Made by a program: the position numbers and the translations under genes. Positions 16,037-24,406 of a stretch of DNA of 32,000 nt are shown here, one piece after another. This DNA is from Candidatus Saccharimonadota bacterium (GTDB lineage Bacteria; Patescibacteriota; Saccharimonadia; Saccharimonadales; Saccharimonadaceae), in assembly GCA_001897305.1 (NCBI GenBank), contig MKSO01000001.1:60001-92000 (forward strand). The letters are read 5' to 3'. Each line of letters begins with the position of its first letter. Position 1 is the stretch's first letter. The notes below the pieces were generated by a model. The model did no database searches, was not told where the DNA came from, and saw nothing but the letters and a program-made list of their open reading frames with translations.

Positions 16037-18565
16037 ATGAAGCGGCTGGCAGTTATTGACGGAAAATCAGTTTTTTATCGAGGGTATTACGCCATGCCAG
16101 GGTTATCGCTCCCAGACGGCACGCCAACCGGTGGGGTCTATGGCTTTGCCTCAATTGCCATTGAACTTATTAAAAAACTCGAGCCCGACTATGTCGCGGT
16201 GGCTTGGGATAAACCCAAAACAAACATTCGCAAGCGTCGTGAAATTTACCCTGAATATAAGGCCGGACGAAAACCAGCGCCGGATGACTTTTACGCCCAA
16301 ATTCCTATACTTCAAGAACTTCTTGAGGCTTTTGGGTGGCCCTTTTACGAACTTGATGACTACGAAGCCGATGACATACTGGGCGCCTTTGCTCAGCAAG
16401 CCACTGAAAAGGGGATAGAAACCTGCTTGCTAACCAGTGATCTTGATGCGCTACAGCTCATTAGCCCCACTACCAAGGTGTACGCTATAAAAAACGGCCT
16501 CTCTAATATTGAAGAGTTTGATGTTGAGGCTTTTGAGAAGAAATATGGCATTGAAGTAGAGCAATTTTTGGATCTGAAATCACTAAAAGGGGATTCTTCG
16601 GATAATCTTCCAGGGGTACCTGGTATCGGCGAGAAGACGGCTATTCAACTCCTCCAAGAGTTCACAACGCTTGATAACGTGTATGCACACCTTGATGACA
16701 TCAAGCCGTCAGTGGCTAAAAAGCTTGAGGCTGGTAAAGAGTTGGCGTACATGACTAAAGAAGTCGGTAAGATTTGGTGTGACGCGCCGGTTGAGCTTGA
16801 TTGGGCGGTAGCTAGCGTCGAAGACACAGACCTTAATAAAGTTGCGGCTATACTGAAACGACTACAATTTACTTCTCTTGAAAAGCGCTTGCCTCGACAT
16901 ATGCAGTTTGGTGATACTGTTTCTGTTGTTGAGTCGGCACCTTCCATTACTGCTCTAAAAGAAATCGCTTGGCCATCACCTTTGATGGTTGATGGGCCTG
17001 TGTTTGTCGAACTTATAGATGACGAGTTGTGGGTTTCAACAGATGATACCACTGTGTTTCATCTACCAATTACCGCTATTAACCCGTCGGTCTGGCGTAC
17101 CTTCGAAATGGCGACAGTAGTAAGTTACGATGTAAAAGCGCTGTACCACGGGCTGGCACGCCACAATATTAATGCACACTTTTTAACAGTCCATGATATT
17201 CGACAAGGTGCCTTTCTGATAGACCCACTATTACGAGATCGCTCTATAGCGGCGCTGATAGGTGAAGATCTGGCCGAACCGGCTACTATTTTAGCTGGAC
17301 TTCGTATGGTCTACACCCAGCAATTGGCCTACTTTGAGCAGGAGCCAAAGGTTGCAACTATTGCTCGTGAATACGATTTTCCGCTCACGTACACCCTGTT
17401 TCGCATTGAACACCTTGGCGTTAAAATTGACCCCGATCAATTTAAAAAGCTAAGTGATGCACTAGGTGAAGAGCATGCCCGCCTTGAGCAAGAAATGTAT
17501 ACAATGGTTGGGTATGAATTTAATATTGGTAGCCCAGCGCAACTTTCTGAAGTGTTATTTACAAAGCTGATGCTGCCAACTACGGGTATTAAAAAGGGCA
17601 AAACGGGCTATAGCACCGGCCAGGCTGAGCTTGATAAACTACGTGGACAACACCCCATTATTGAACTGATTGAAAAGACCCGCGAGCTCGCTAAACTTAA
17701 AAATACCTACGTTGATACGCTGCCATTGCTAGCTGACGACCAACAGCGTATCCATACAACTTTCAACCAAGATGTTGCCGCTACAGGCCGGCTTAGTAGT
17801 ACTAACCCGAACCTTCAAAATATCCCTATTCGTACCGAGCAGGGTAGGCGTATTCGTGAAGCCTTTATTACCGATGGTGATAAATTGCTGGTTAGTGCCG
17901 ATTATTCTCAGTTTGAGCTTCGCTTGGCAGCCATATTGGCGGGCGATGACCAGCTTATTAACGATTTCAACGGTGATGTCGACATTCACACTAAAACTGC
18001 CAGTGAAGTCTACGGTATCCCAATGGATGAAGTAACTAAAGATCAACGTCGGGCAGCCAAGGTTATTAATTTTGGTGTTCTCTACGGTATGAGCCCCCAT
18101 GGTTTGGCGGCTAACACGGGCATGTCATTTATTCAGGCAAAACAGTTTATTGACCAGTATTTTGCACTGAGGGCGCCAATTCGAGCTTTTATTGATAAGA
18201 CGCTAGAAAAAGCCCGCACTGAAGGCTATGTTGAAACGTACTACGGTCGTCGTCGCCCAACACCAGATGTAAAAAGCTCTAATTTTATGGTGCGCGCTGG
18301 TGCAGAGCGAGCCGCCGCAAACATGCCTATTCAGGGCACCGAGGCCGATTTAATGAAAAGAGCCATGCTTCAAGTAGATGAAAAGCTTGAGGGGCTCGGT
18401 GAACAAATTTTGCAAATCCATGATTCCATCTTGGTAGAGTGTCCAGCCGAAAATGCCGAGCAAGTTGCCGAGATACTTAAAAGTACTATGGAGAATGTTG
18501 CACCAGAACTTAAAATTTCTCTTAAAGTCGATGTGCACATTGGTGCAAATTGGGGTGAATTATAA
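16037..18565 (+). CDS. polA: DNA polymerase I (5' nuclease, degenerate 3'-5' exo-like domain, polymerase domain)
   Basis: 5' nuclease: YKAGRKPAPDDF, SDLDALQL, GDSSDNLPGVPGIGEKTA. Polymerase motif A DYSQFELRLAA, motif B RRAAKVINFGVLYGMS, motif C QIHDSILVE. I prefer ATG 16037, 7 nt after TGcTATACT (16021-16029). The ORF-track start 15980 would overlap the divergent kinase gene. Confidence 0.9.
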   Translation: MKRLAVIDGKSVFYRGYYAMPGLSLPDGTPTGGVYGFASIAIELIKKLEPDYVAVAWDKPKTNIRKRREIYPEYKAGRKPAPDDFYAQIPILQELLEAFGWPFYELDDYEADDILGAFAQQATEKGIETCLLTSDLDALQLISPTTKVYAIKNGLSNIEEFDVEAFEKKYGIEVEQFLDLKSLKGDSSDNLPGVPGIGEKTAIQLLQEFTTLDNVYAHLDDIKPSVAKKLEAGKELAYMTKEVGKIWCDAPVELDWAVASVEDTDLNKVAAILKRLQFTSLEKRLPRHMQFGDTVSVVESAPSITALKEIAWPSPLMVDGPVFVELIDDELWVSTDDTTVFHLPITAINPSVWRTFEMATVVSYDVKALYHGLARHNINAHFLTVHDIRQGAFLIDPLLRDRSIAALIGEDLAEPATILAGLRMVYTQQLAYFEQEPKVATIAREYDFPLTYTLFRIEHLGVKIDPDQFKKLSDALGEEHARLEQEMYTMVGYEFNIGSPAQLSEVLFTKLMLPTTGIKKGKTGYSTGQAELDKLRGQHPIIELIEKTRELAKLKNTYVDTLPLLADDQQRIHTTFNQDVAATGRLSSTNPNLQNIPIRTEQGRRIREAFITDGDKLLVSADYSQFELRLAAILAGDDQLINDFNGDVDIHTKTASEVYGIPMDEVTKDQRRAAKVINFGVLYGMSPHGLAANTGMSFIQAKQFIDQYFALRAPIRAFIDKTLEKARTEGYVETYYGRRRPTPDVKSSNFMVRAGAERAAANMPIQGTEADLMKRAMLQVDEKLEGLGEQILQIHDSILVECPAENAEQVAEILKSTMENVAPELKISLKVDVHIGANWGEL

Positions 18566-18891
18566 TGGTCGACATAATGTACAACAAACTAGTACGTGAC
18601 CTGATTCCGGCAATCATTACTGATGATAATCAGACTCCAGTGACGCATATATTGAATGATGATGAATTTCGAAAGGCTTTATTGGAAAAGCTAGTCGAAG
18701 AGGCTAAAGAGCTACTCGAGAGTGACGGTGATTTAGGTGAGCGAGCCGATATAGCCGAAGTTTTACAGGCACTTGATGACGTTTTGGGCTATAGTAAAGA
18801 CGAGATCGAAAACGCACGCCTTAAAAAAGCTGACAAGCGGGGTGGTTTCGAGCAAAAAATCTTCTTAGAAAAAGCAATTACCCATGATTAA
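18565..18891 (+). CDS. MazG-like all-alpha nucleoside triphosphate pyrophosphohydrolase family protein
   Basis: N-terminal YNKLVRDLIPAII plus EKLVEEAKELLES....ERADIAEVLQAL and KKADKRGGF, as in small house-cleaning NTP-PPases. The ATG shares one nt with the polA stop (TAATG). Confidence 0.6.
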   Translation: MVDIMYNKLVRDLIPAIITDDNQTPVTHILNDDEFRKALLEKLVEEAKELLESDGDLGERADIAEVLQALDDVLGYSKDEIENARLKKADKRGGFEQKIFLEKAITHD

Positions 18892-19477
18892 AGCAATTAT
18901 TTTCGACTGTTTTGGTGTTCTGCTTGGTAACGCATACAAAGTGCGCCTGGCTGAGGTTGAACAAGAGGATCCTGCAAAAGCTCAGGAAATGCGTTCTATT
19001 AACCACGCCTCAGACCTGGGGGTTATTAGCCGTGAAGAATCTGCGCAGTACATGGCCGACCTATTAGGCATAGACCCTGAAGAGATCTACGAAGAACAAG
19101 AAAAAGCCGAAATACCGAATAGTGAACTTCTTCAGTACATCGCTTCTTTAAAAAATCGCTATAAAATTGGACTACTGAGCAATATTAGTAGTCGTGAACG
19201 TTTAAGCATTCGTTTTACCGATAACCAATTAACAACTCACTTTGATACCGTGGTTGCTTCGGGTGATGAGGGGTACGTAAAACCCCAGCCGGAAATTTAT
19301 CACATTGCCGCTGCTCGTTTGGGGGTGGAGCCGCACGAGTGCGTTATGATTGACGATATTGCCGAGTTTTGCGATGGCGCGCGCGCCGTTGGTATGCAGG
19401 CAATTCAATTCAAAACCAATAGTCAGTGTATAACAGATTTGAACACTCTCATTGACAGGGGTGAGCAGGAAGGCTAA
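18884..19477 (+). CDS. HAD-superfamily hydrolase (subfamily IA-like)
   Basis: Motif I IIFDCFGVL (D-x-F instead of D-x-D, as in dehalogenase-type members), motif II LLSNIS, and motif III/IV K...VMIDDIAEFCDGARAVGM. It overlaps the previous gene by 8 nt. Confidence 0.75.
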   Translation: MIKAIIFDCFGVLLGNAYKVRLAEVEQEDPAKAQEMRSINHASDLGVISREESAQYMADLLGIDPEEIYEEQEKAEIPNSELLQYIASLKNRYKIGLLSNISSRERLSIRFTDNQLTTHFDTVVASGDEGYVKPQPEIYHIAAARLGVEPHECVMIDDIAEFCDGARAVGMQAIQFKTNSQCITDLNTLIDRGEQEG

Positions 19478-19486
19478 GCTATAGGT

Positions 19487-20098
19487 ATGGCTAGATATCG
19501 AACATCACGCATTCTCCCGACAATTCTGACAATCGTCGTTATTATTATCGCTATCGCTGGCTTGGTTGCCTTGGCGCGGCTGCTCTTCTCGGGTGGCAAT
19601 AGTAGTGGCTCAACAACGGTTAATCAAACGGACCTTAATAAGCAAGCACTCGTTGATACAGCTGATGGACGAGCGGTCAGTATGACGGTTCGCGGACCTA
19701 TCGTTGCTCAAGAAGATTTCCGTTCGTACCAGATCATTATTTCACCTAATACGCGCGACTTTAATGCGTATACTGGGTATTTAAATACTATTACGAGCCA
19801 ACAGACGTTAAGCAATAATACTGCTGCATATACACAGTTCGTTAATGCCCTCAACAAGGCAAATATGGCGGCTGGCACTCCCTTTGATGCTGACAAGAAC
19901 AATACTGAAGGTATTTGTGCTACCGGAAGAGTATACGAATTTCGTACACTTCTTGGTGGCCAGCAACAGGCTATGTGGTGGACTTCAACCTGTAGCGGAT
20001 CTCCCGGGTCTTTGAAGGGCAACGCTACGCAGCTGTCACAACTATTCTTGAGCCAAATTCCTGAAGGTTCAAACATAGCCAATAGCTTAAAGCTTTAG
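19487..20098 (+). CDS. Hypothetical N-terminally membrane-anchored protein (203 aa)
   Basis: One TM helix (ILPTILTIVVIIIAIAGLVALARLL) followed by an Asn/Thr/Gln-rich presumably extracytoplasmic domain with two Cys. No recognisable motif. Confidence 0.55.
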   Translation: MARYRTSRILPTILTIVVIIIAIAGLVALARLLFSGGNSSGSTTVNQTDLNKQALVDTADGRAVSMTVRGPIVAQEDFRSYQIIISPNTRDFNAYTGYLNTITSQQTLSNNTAAYTQFVNALNKANMAAGTPFDADKNNTEGICATGRVYEFRTLLGGQQQAMWWTSTCSGSPGSLKGNATQLSQLFLSQIPEGSNIANSLKL

Positions 20099-20107
20099 GA
20101 ATATAGT

Positions 20108-20974
20108 ATGCCAGAGTTGCCAGAAGTCGAGACGGTGCGTCGTGGTTTATCGAGTCTTATCATTGGTAAAACAATAAAAAGTGAGACGCATGACACCGAA
20201 AAGGGGTTTCCAAATACAGAAGCTGATGTCCGGTCGTTTCTCATTGATGCAACCATAATTGACATTCGTCGTCGTGCCAAAGTACTCATGATCGACCTTT
20301 CAACAGGCTATAGTCTACTTATTCATCTGAAAATGACCGGACAATTAGTGTTTGTTGGTGATACTCGATTTGGTGCAGGACACCCTAATGATAGCTTAGT
20401 GAATATATTGCCAGATAAGTCGACACGAGTCACTGTTCAGTTTACAGATGGCTCCGCTCTCTATTTTAATGATCAAAGGAAGTTTGGGTGGGTGCGTCTA
20501 CTCCCGACAATTGAGATACCGAACATCGATTTTATGCAAAAGGTCGGGCCGGAGCCTTTGGCTAAAGAATTTACGGCCAAAGAATTTATGCAGCGCTTCT
20601 CGCGCCGGAGTAAAACTAATATAAAAGCCGCTTTGCTTGACCAGTCTGTGGTGGCTGGTGTGGGCAATATATACGCAGATGAATCACTGTGGGGAGCGAA
20701 GCTGCATCCACAGCGTCTTGTTTCGAGCCTGTCTGAGCAAGAATTTGAAACGCTATATAACGAGTTGCGTTCTGTTATGAATATAGCGATTGAAAAAGGC
20801 GGCTCATCAAACCATACGTATGTAAACGCCGAAGGTAAGAAGGGGAGTTACATGAACTTTGCTCGTGTCTTTCGGCGTGAAGGCCTTGCTTGCCCTCGTT
20901 GCGGAACAACAATCGAGAAAATGCGCGTGGCCGGTAGGGGCACGCATATCTGTCCATACTGTCAGCAGTTATAG
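20108..20974 (+). CDS. mutM: Formamidopyrimidine-DNA glycosylase
   Basis: N-terminal MPELPEVETVRRGL (catalytic Pro2/Glu3), an H2TH region and a C-terminal zinc finger CPRCGTTIEKMRVAGRGTHICPYCQ. Confidence 0.9.
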   Translation: MPELPEVETVRRGLSSLIIGKTIKSETHDTEKGFPNTEADVRSFLIDATIIDIRRRAKVLMIDLSTGYSLLIHLKMTGQLVFVGDTRFGAGHPNDSLVNILPDKSTRVTVQFTDGSALYFNDQRKFGWVRLLPTIEIPNIDFMQKVGPEPLAKEFTAKEFMQRFSRRSKTNIKAALLDQSVVAGVGNIYADESLWGAKLHPQRLVSSLSEQEFETLYNELRSVMNIAIEKGGSSNHTYVNAEGKKGSYMNFARVFRREGLACPRCGTTIEKMRVAGRGTHICPYCQQL

Positions 20975-21006
20975 GTGGCACTCTTTGGTCTTGCTATACT
21001 AAGTCC

Positions 21007-21903
21007 ATGATTACTTGGTTGATTGGTGAAAATAGTTTTGAAGTCCGTGAGGCCCTAAAGTCGATTGAGTCCAAGTTCGATGGTTCGCCAGAGCGTATCG
21101 ACGGTACTGAATTAACACTGGCTCAGTTGCCAGACTTACTTATGGGTATGAGTTTATTTGCGACTGAACGACTTGTCGTTATACAAGATATCTCACGCAA
21201 TTCCAGTATGTGGGAAAAACTCCCCGAATGGCTTCCTCGTATCAATGATGCCATTCATGTGGTATTTATTGATACAAAGCCAGATAAGCGAACTACGAGC
21301 TATAAAGCACTGAAAGCTGCCGCCTCTGTAGAAGAATTTACACCATGGACCGACCGAGACACCCAAAAGGCGGAGCAGTGGGTTAAAGCGCGAATGGGGC
21401 AGTACCAGCTCGATCTTGATGCTGCTACGGCGAGTCATCTTGTGAGACGAGTAGGGCTTGACCAGTGGCGATTATCACAGGCGCTCGACACGCTGTCTTT
21501 GCTTGATACGGTTACTATTGATGCTATTGATCAAATTATTCCTGCCAGCCCTACCGAGAATGTGTTTCAATTGTTTGAGACTGCCCTAGAGGGCGATAGC
21601 CGCAAAGTAAGTGAGTCTATCGCTACACTTGAACTCACCGAAGACCCGTATGCTCTTTTTGCGCTGCTCTCTTCACAGGCGCTAACGCTCGCTACTGTGG
21701 CGTATGCTCAGGAAGGAGACAATGCACCAAAAGATTTTGCGATTCACCCGTTCGTTGCCTCGAAGTTAGGTCGTCACGCTAAAAGACTGGGCGAACACAA
21801 AGTAGCCAGTATCGTTGAGCTGTTTGCTAAGGCTGATGCCGACTTGAAGCGATCACGTGGGGAGCCATGGCTAATTATCGAGAAAACATTGCTTTCCATA
21901 TAA
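21007..21903 (+). CDS. holA: DNA polymerase III delta subunit
   Basis: HolA-like N-terminal pattern (GENSFEVREAL....G....L......SLFATERLVVIQD), DKRTTSYKALK, and a helical C-terminal domain with GLDQWRLSQALDTLSLL. The call rests on pattern and size and is weaker than the enzyme calls. Confidence 0.65.
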   Translation: MITWLIGENSFEVREALKSIESKFDGSPERIDGTELTLAQLPDLLMGMSLFATERLVVIQDISRNSSMWEKLPEWLPRINDAIHVVFIDTKPDKRTTSYKALKAAASVEEFTPWTDRDTQKAEQWVKARMGQYQLDLDAATASHLVRRVGLDQWRLSQALDTLSLLDTVTIDAIDQIIPASPTENVFQLFETALEGDSRKVSESIATLELTEDPYALFALLSSQALTLATVAYAQEGDNAPKDFAIHPFVASKLGRHAKRLGEHKVASIVELFAKADADLKRSRGEPWLIIEKTLLSI

Positions 21904-21932
21904 AAAACACCCCAGTGCGTGGGGTGTTTTTT
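21902..21932. terminator. Bidirectional rho-independent terminator shared by holA (+) and rpsT (-)
   Basis: A5 tract (21902-21906, pairing with the T5 tract 21928-21932), ACACCCCA (21907-21914), loop GTGCG, TGGGGTGT (21920-21927), then T5 (21928-21932). The structure is symmetric and sits between convergent genes. Confidence 0.8.
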
Positions 21933-21945
21933 ATATAGTTCTGAA

Positions 21946-22311
21946 CTACTTCTTAGCAGCTGGCTTTTTTGCTGCAGGTTTTTTAGCAGTAGCTTTAGGA
22001 GCTGCCGTCTTTGCAGTTGTTGCTTTAGGAGCGCCCTTAGGAGCGGCTTTCTTGGTAGCAGTAAGCTTTACGCCAGCTTCTTTGGCTGTTTTAGCGAGCA
22101 GTGCTTTGCGACGACCAGCAGTGTTCTTGTTGAGTACGTTTTTCTTTACGGCAGTATCGATAGCGCTTTGTGCAGCAGAAAGGGTAGCGGCACTTGGAGT
22201 AGCGTTAAAAGCTTTAACGGCGTCTTTTAGGGCGCGCTTAGTAGCAACGTTACGTTCGCGGCGTACGACGGTTTGTTTTGCGCGCTTGATAGCGGATTTG
22301 ATGATTGGCAC
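21946..22311 (-). CDS. rpsT: 30S ribosomal protein S20 with a Lys/Ala/Pro-rich C-terminal extension
   Basis: N-terminal PIIKSAIKRAKQTVVRRERNVATKRALKDAVK is the S20 signature. GTG start at 22311 with AAAGGA upstream. The last ~40 aa are AKP-rich (KKPAAKKPAAKK). Confidence 0.85.
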   Translation of the reverse strand: MPIIKSAIKRAKQTVVRRERNVATKRALKDAVKAFNATPSAATLSAAQSAIDTAVKKNVLNKNTAGRRKALLAKTAKEAGVKLTATKKAAPKGAPKATTAKTAAPKATAKKPAAKKPAAKK

Positions 22312-22374
22312 GAGTAGTGATCCTTTGTTTAGAAATTGTTATATCAATCAAGGGGTAATTATAGATGAAAAGTG

Positions 22375-22506
22375 TTAAAAAGTAAAGGCCCCAGACAGGC
22401 TAATGCGACGACATCTGCAGCCTGAGTTGAGATGGGCGTAGAGACCCCATCGAAACCCAGCGCGAAGCCGTCTCGCATTAGCCTGCTGGGGGCCTTTACT
22501 TTTTAA
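22375..22506. ncRNA. Candidate structured RNA or MITE-like element: a ~130-nt imperfect long hairpin. The strand is undetermined
   Basis: The left arm (22375-22412) pairs with the right arm (22467-22506) over about 33-36 bp with small bulges. The 54-nt interior contains a GATGGG/CCCATC sub-hairpin (22431-22436 / 22446-22451). T runs follow the hairpin on both strands. It lies between the divergent rpsT and DHH-like gene promoters. I recognise no ncRNA family. Confidence 0.35.
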
Positions 22507-22579
22507 AAACTCTTATGCTATAGTGAGGCAAACGCGTCTATTTAAAGGACAAAAAGAAACCAACACAGATAAAAGAGCC

Positions 22580-24379
22580 ATGGACGAAATAAAAGCAAAA
22601 CAACAGGTAGTCGCCAAGATTAAAGAATCAACCAAGATTCTTGTAACTGTATCTGATAGCCCATCAGTTGACGCCCTATCGGCTGCAATTGGTTTAACGA
22701 TGTTACTTGATAAGCAAGAGAAATATGCCACCGCTATTTTCAGTGGTCAAACACCACCAGCCATTGCCTTCCTAGAACCAGAGAAGACGTTCGATGATAC
22801 TACTGACAGCTTGCGTGATTTCATTATCGCTCTTAACAAGGAAAAAGCAGACCACCTCCGCTATAAAGTCGAGGGTGATGCGGTGAAGATATTTATTACG
22901 CCGTACAAAACAACAATTGACCAAAGCGACCTTGAATTTAGCCAAGGTGACTATAATGTGGAACTAGTTATAGCACTTGGCGTCGATAACCAAGACCACC
23001 TTGATGGTGCTTTGGAAAACCATGGCCAAATTCTCCATGATGCCGCCATTATTACCATTACCGCGGGGGATCAGACGAGTGATCTTGGTGGTATCGATTG
23101 GCATGATGCTGGTGCAAGTAGCCTAAGTGAAATGGTTACCGGCCTAGCCGAGGCTATGAAGGAAGATAAAAAGAAGTCACTTCTTGATGAATCAATCTCT
23201 ACGGCTTTATTGACAGGTATTGTTGCCGAAACCGATCGTTTCAGCAATCAGCACACTACTTCAAAAACACTGACTGTAGCGGCTTCCTTAATGAGCGCTG
23301 GCGCCGACCAGCAGCTTATTGCAAACGAACTGCAAGCTATGCACGAAGTGGTTGAGACCTCAAAAGAAGACGAAGAGGAGATTGACGACACTACCGCCGA
23401 CCTCGAAGACGCATCAAACGACGATGATACTGCCGAGACAACGACCGACAGCAACGGTACGATGACCATCAAACAGCCAAAGCAACCAAAAGACGGCTTG
23501 AATATTAGTCACGATGGAGAGAGTCTAGCTGACCTTGACCGTCGAATTCGTGGTGACGAAGAGGCGAAAGAGTTGGTTACTGAAGAAGTTGAAGCGGCAC
23601 AAGAACGAGCTGCCAAGGAAGCTCACCCGCAAATAAAGCCAGCCAAGGCTGAAGTGCCGGTTGAACCAGTCGCTTCGACGGCTGCCGCCTATGCACTACC
23701 GGATGATGTCGTCGAGCCTACTCTTGGCGGAACATTAAACGCCACAACAGACCAAGCGGCCGACGATGCTCGTCGAGCGGCTGAAAATGATCAAAATAAA
23801 ACCATTCTCTCACACTCATACCTAGGAGGCGCTACCGACACAACACCAGGTTCCGTTGGCGTTAACGACACGGAAGCTCCTCGACAAGAAAATGAAGTTC
23901 ATTCGGCTTACGCCCTCGATGAAACACCCACAGAGGAAGCCCCAGTCGACCAACCACCAGAAGCAGCTGGCGTTGGTGGCGAGCGGGTGATTCAGCCACT
24001 TGAGGCTCAACCAGCACCAGAGCCTGCCCCTGTTATGTCAATACCAGATCCAGTCCCAGCTCCAACTACTCCAACAGACTTGGGTCTACCATTGCCTCCG
24101 CCAATTCCTGATTTTTCACAGGGCCTTCCGGCGGCTCCAAGTGTAGCTATTCCGCTCCCTCCAACCGAGCAACCGGCAATTTTAGGTGATATTCTTGCAC
24201 CGGAAGTATCAGGAACGGGCCTTCCTCCTATGGAAAGTATTGAACCCGTTGCACCTGTACTACCGGATGTACCCGCTGTGAACCCAGTTGAACAACAGCC
24301 GGCTCAAGCGCCAACGCCACCACCGACTCAGCCAAATGACCCTACTCAATTCCAAATCCCTCCGCAGCCAAACGCCTAA
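22580..24379 (+). CDS. DHH-like (catalytically degenerate) domain protein with a long acidic and Pro-rich disordered C-terminal half
   Basis: The N-terminal ~270 aa follow the NrnA/DHH layout: SDSPSVDALSAAIG, VIALGVDNQDHL, ITITAGDQTS and ALLTGIVAETDRFSN. The DHH triad and part of motif I are substituted, and no DHHA1 GGGH motif is present. The C-terminal ~330 aa are low-complexity (D/E-rich, then P/A-rich). ATG 22580 is used because the ORF-track start GTG 22523 lies inside the TGcTATAGT -10 box. Confidence 0.6.
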   Translation: MDEIKAKQQVVAKIKESTKILVTVSDSPSVDALSAAIGLTMLLDKQEKYATAIFSGQTPPAIAFLEPEKTFDDTTDSLRDFIIALNKEKADHLRYKVEGDAVKIFITPYKTTIDQSDLEFSQGDYNVELVIALGVDNQDHLDGALENHGQILHDAAIITITAGDQTSDLGGIDWHDAGASSLSEMVTGLAEAMKEDKKKSLLDESISTALLTGIVAETDRFSNQHTTSKTLTVAASLMSAGADQQLIANELQAMHEVVETSKEDEEEIDDTTADLEDASNDDDTAETTTDSNGTMTIKQPKQPKDGLNISHDGESLADLDRRIRGDEEAKELVTEEVEAAQERAAKEAHPQIKPAKAEVPVEPVASTAAAYALPDDVVEPTLGGTLNATTDQAADDARRAAENDQNKTILSHSYLGGATDTTPGSVGVNDTEAPRQENEVHSAYALDETPTEEAPVDQPPEAAGVGGERVIQPLEAQPAPEPAPVMSIPDPVPAPTTPTDLGLPLPPPIPDFSQGLPAAPSVAIPLPPTEQPAILGDILAPEVSGTGLPPMESIEPVAPVLPDVPAVNPVEQQPAQAPTPPPTQPNDPTQFQIPPQPNA

Positions 24380-24406
24380 TTTTAGTGAATGGTATAATAG
24401 GGCACT

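Noticed and set aside
21919-22378. Two plus-strand ORFs (103 and 108 aa) opposite rpsT
   Set aside because: They are Cys/Ser/Phe-rich or Ala/Leu-rich mirror translations of the AKP-rich S20 tail. The S20 signature on the minus strand is unambiguous.
22422-22456. A hammerhead-ribozyme-like core inside the long hairpin (CUGA..GAG, stem, CGAAAC)
   Set aside because: The CUGANGA box is interrupted: it reads CUGA-GUU-GAG, so three nucleotides replace the single N7. There is also no stem I hairpin or NUH cleavage site in the required topology. I treat the resemblance as coincidental.
22413-22470. A possible TPP (THI-box) or c-di-AMP (ydaO) riboswitch upstream of the DHH-like gene
   Set aside because: Only short fragments match (CUGAG, ACCC, CGAAACC). 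The diagnostic CUGAUC..GG.UAAU..CC.GCG arm of the THI-box is absent, as are the paired ACGGGGA/CCGA pseudo-symmetric cores of ydaO. In addition, a ~35-bp closing stem is atypical for riboswitches.
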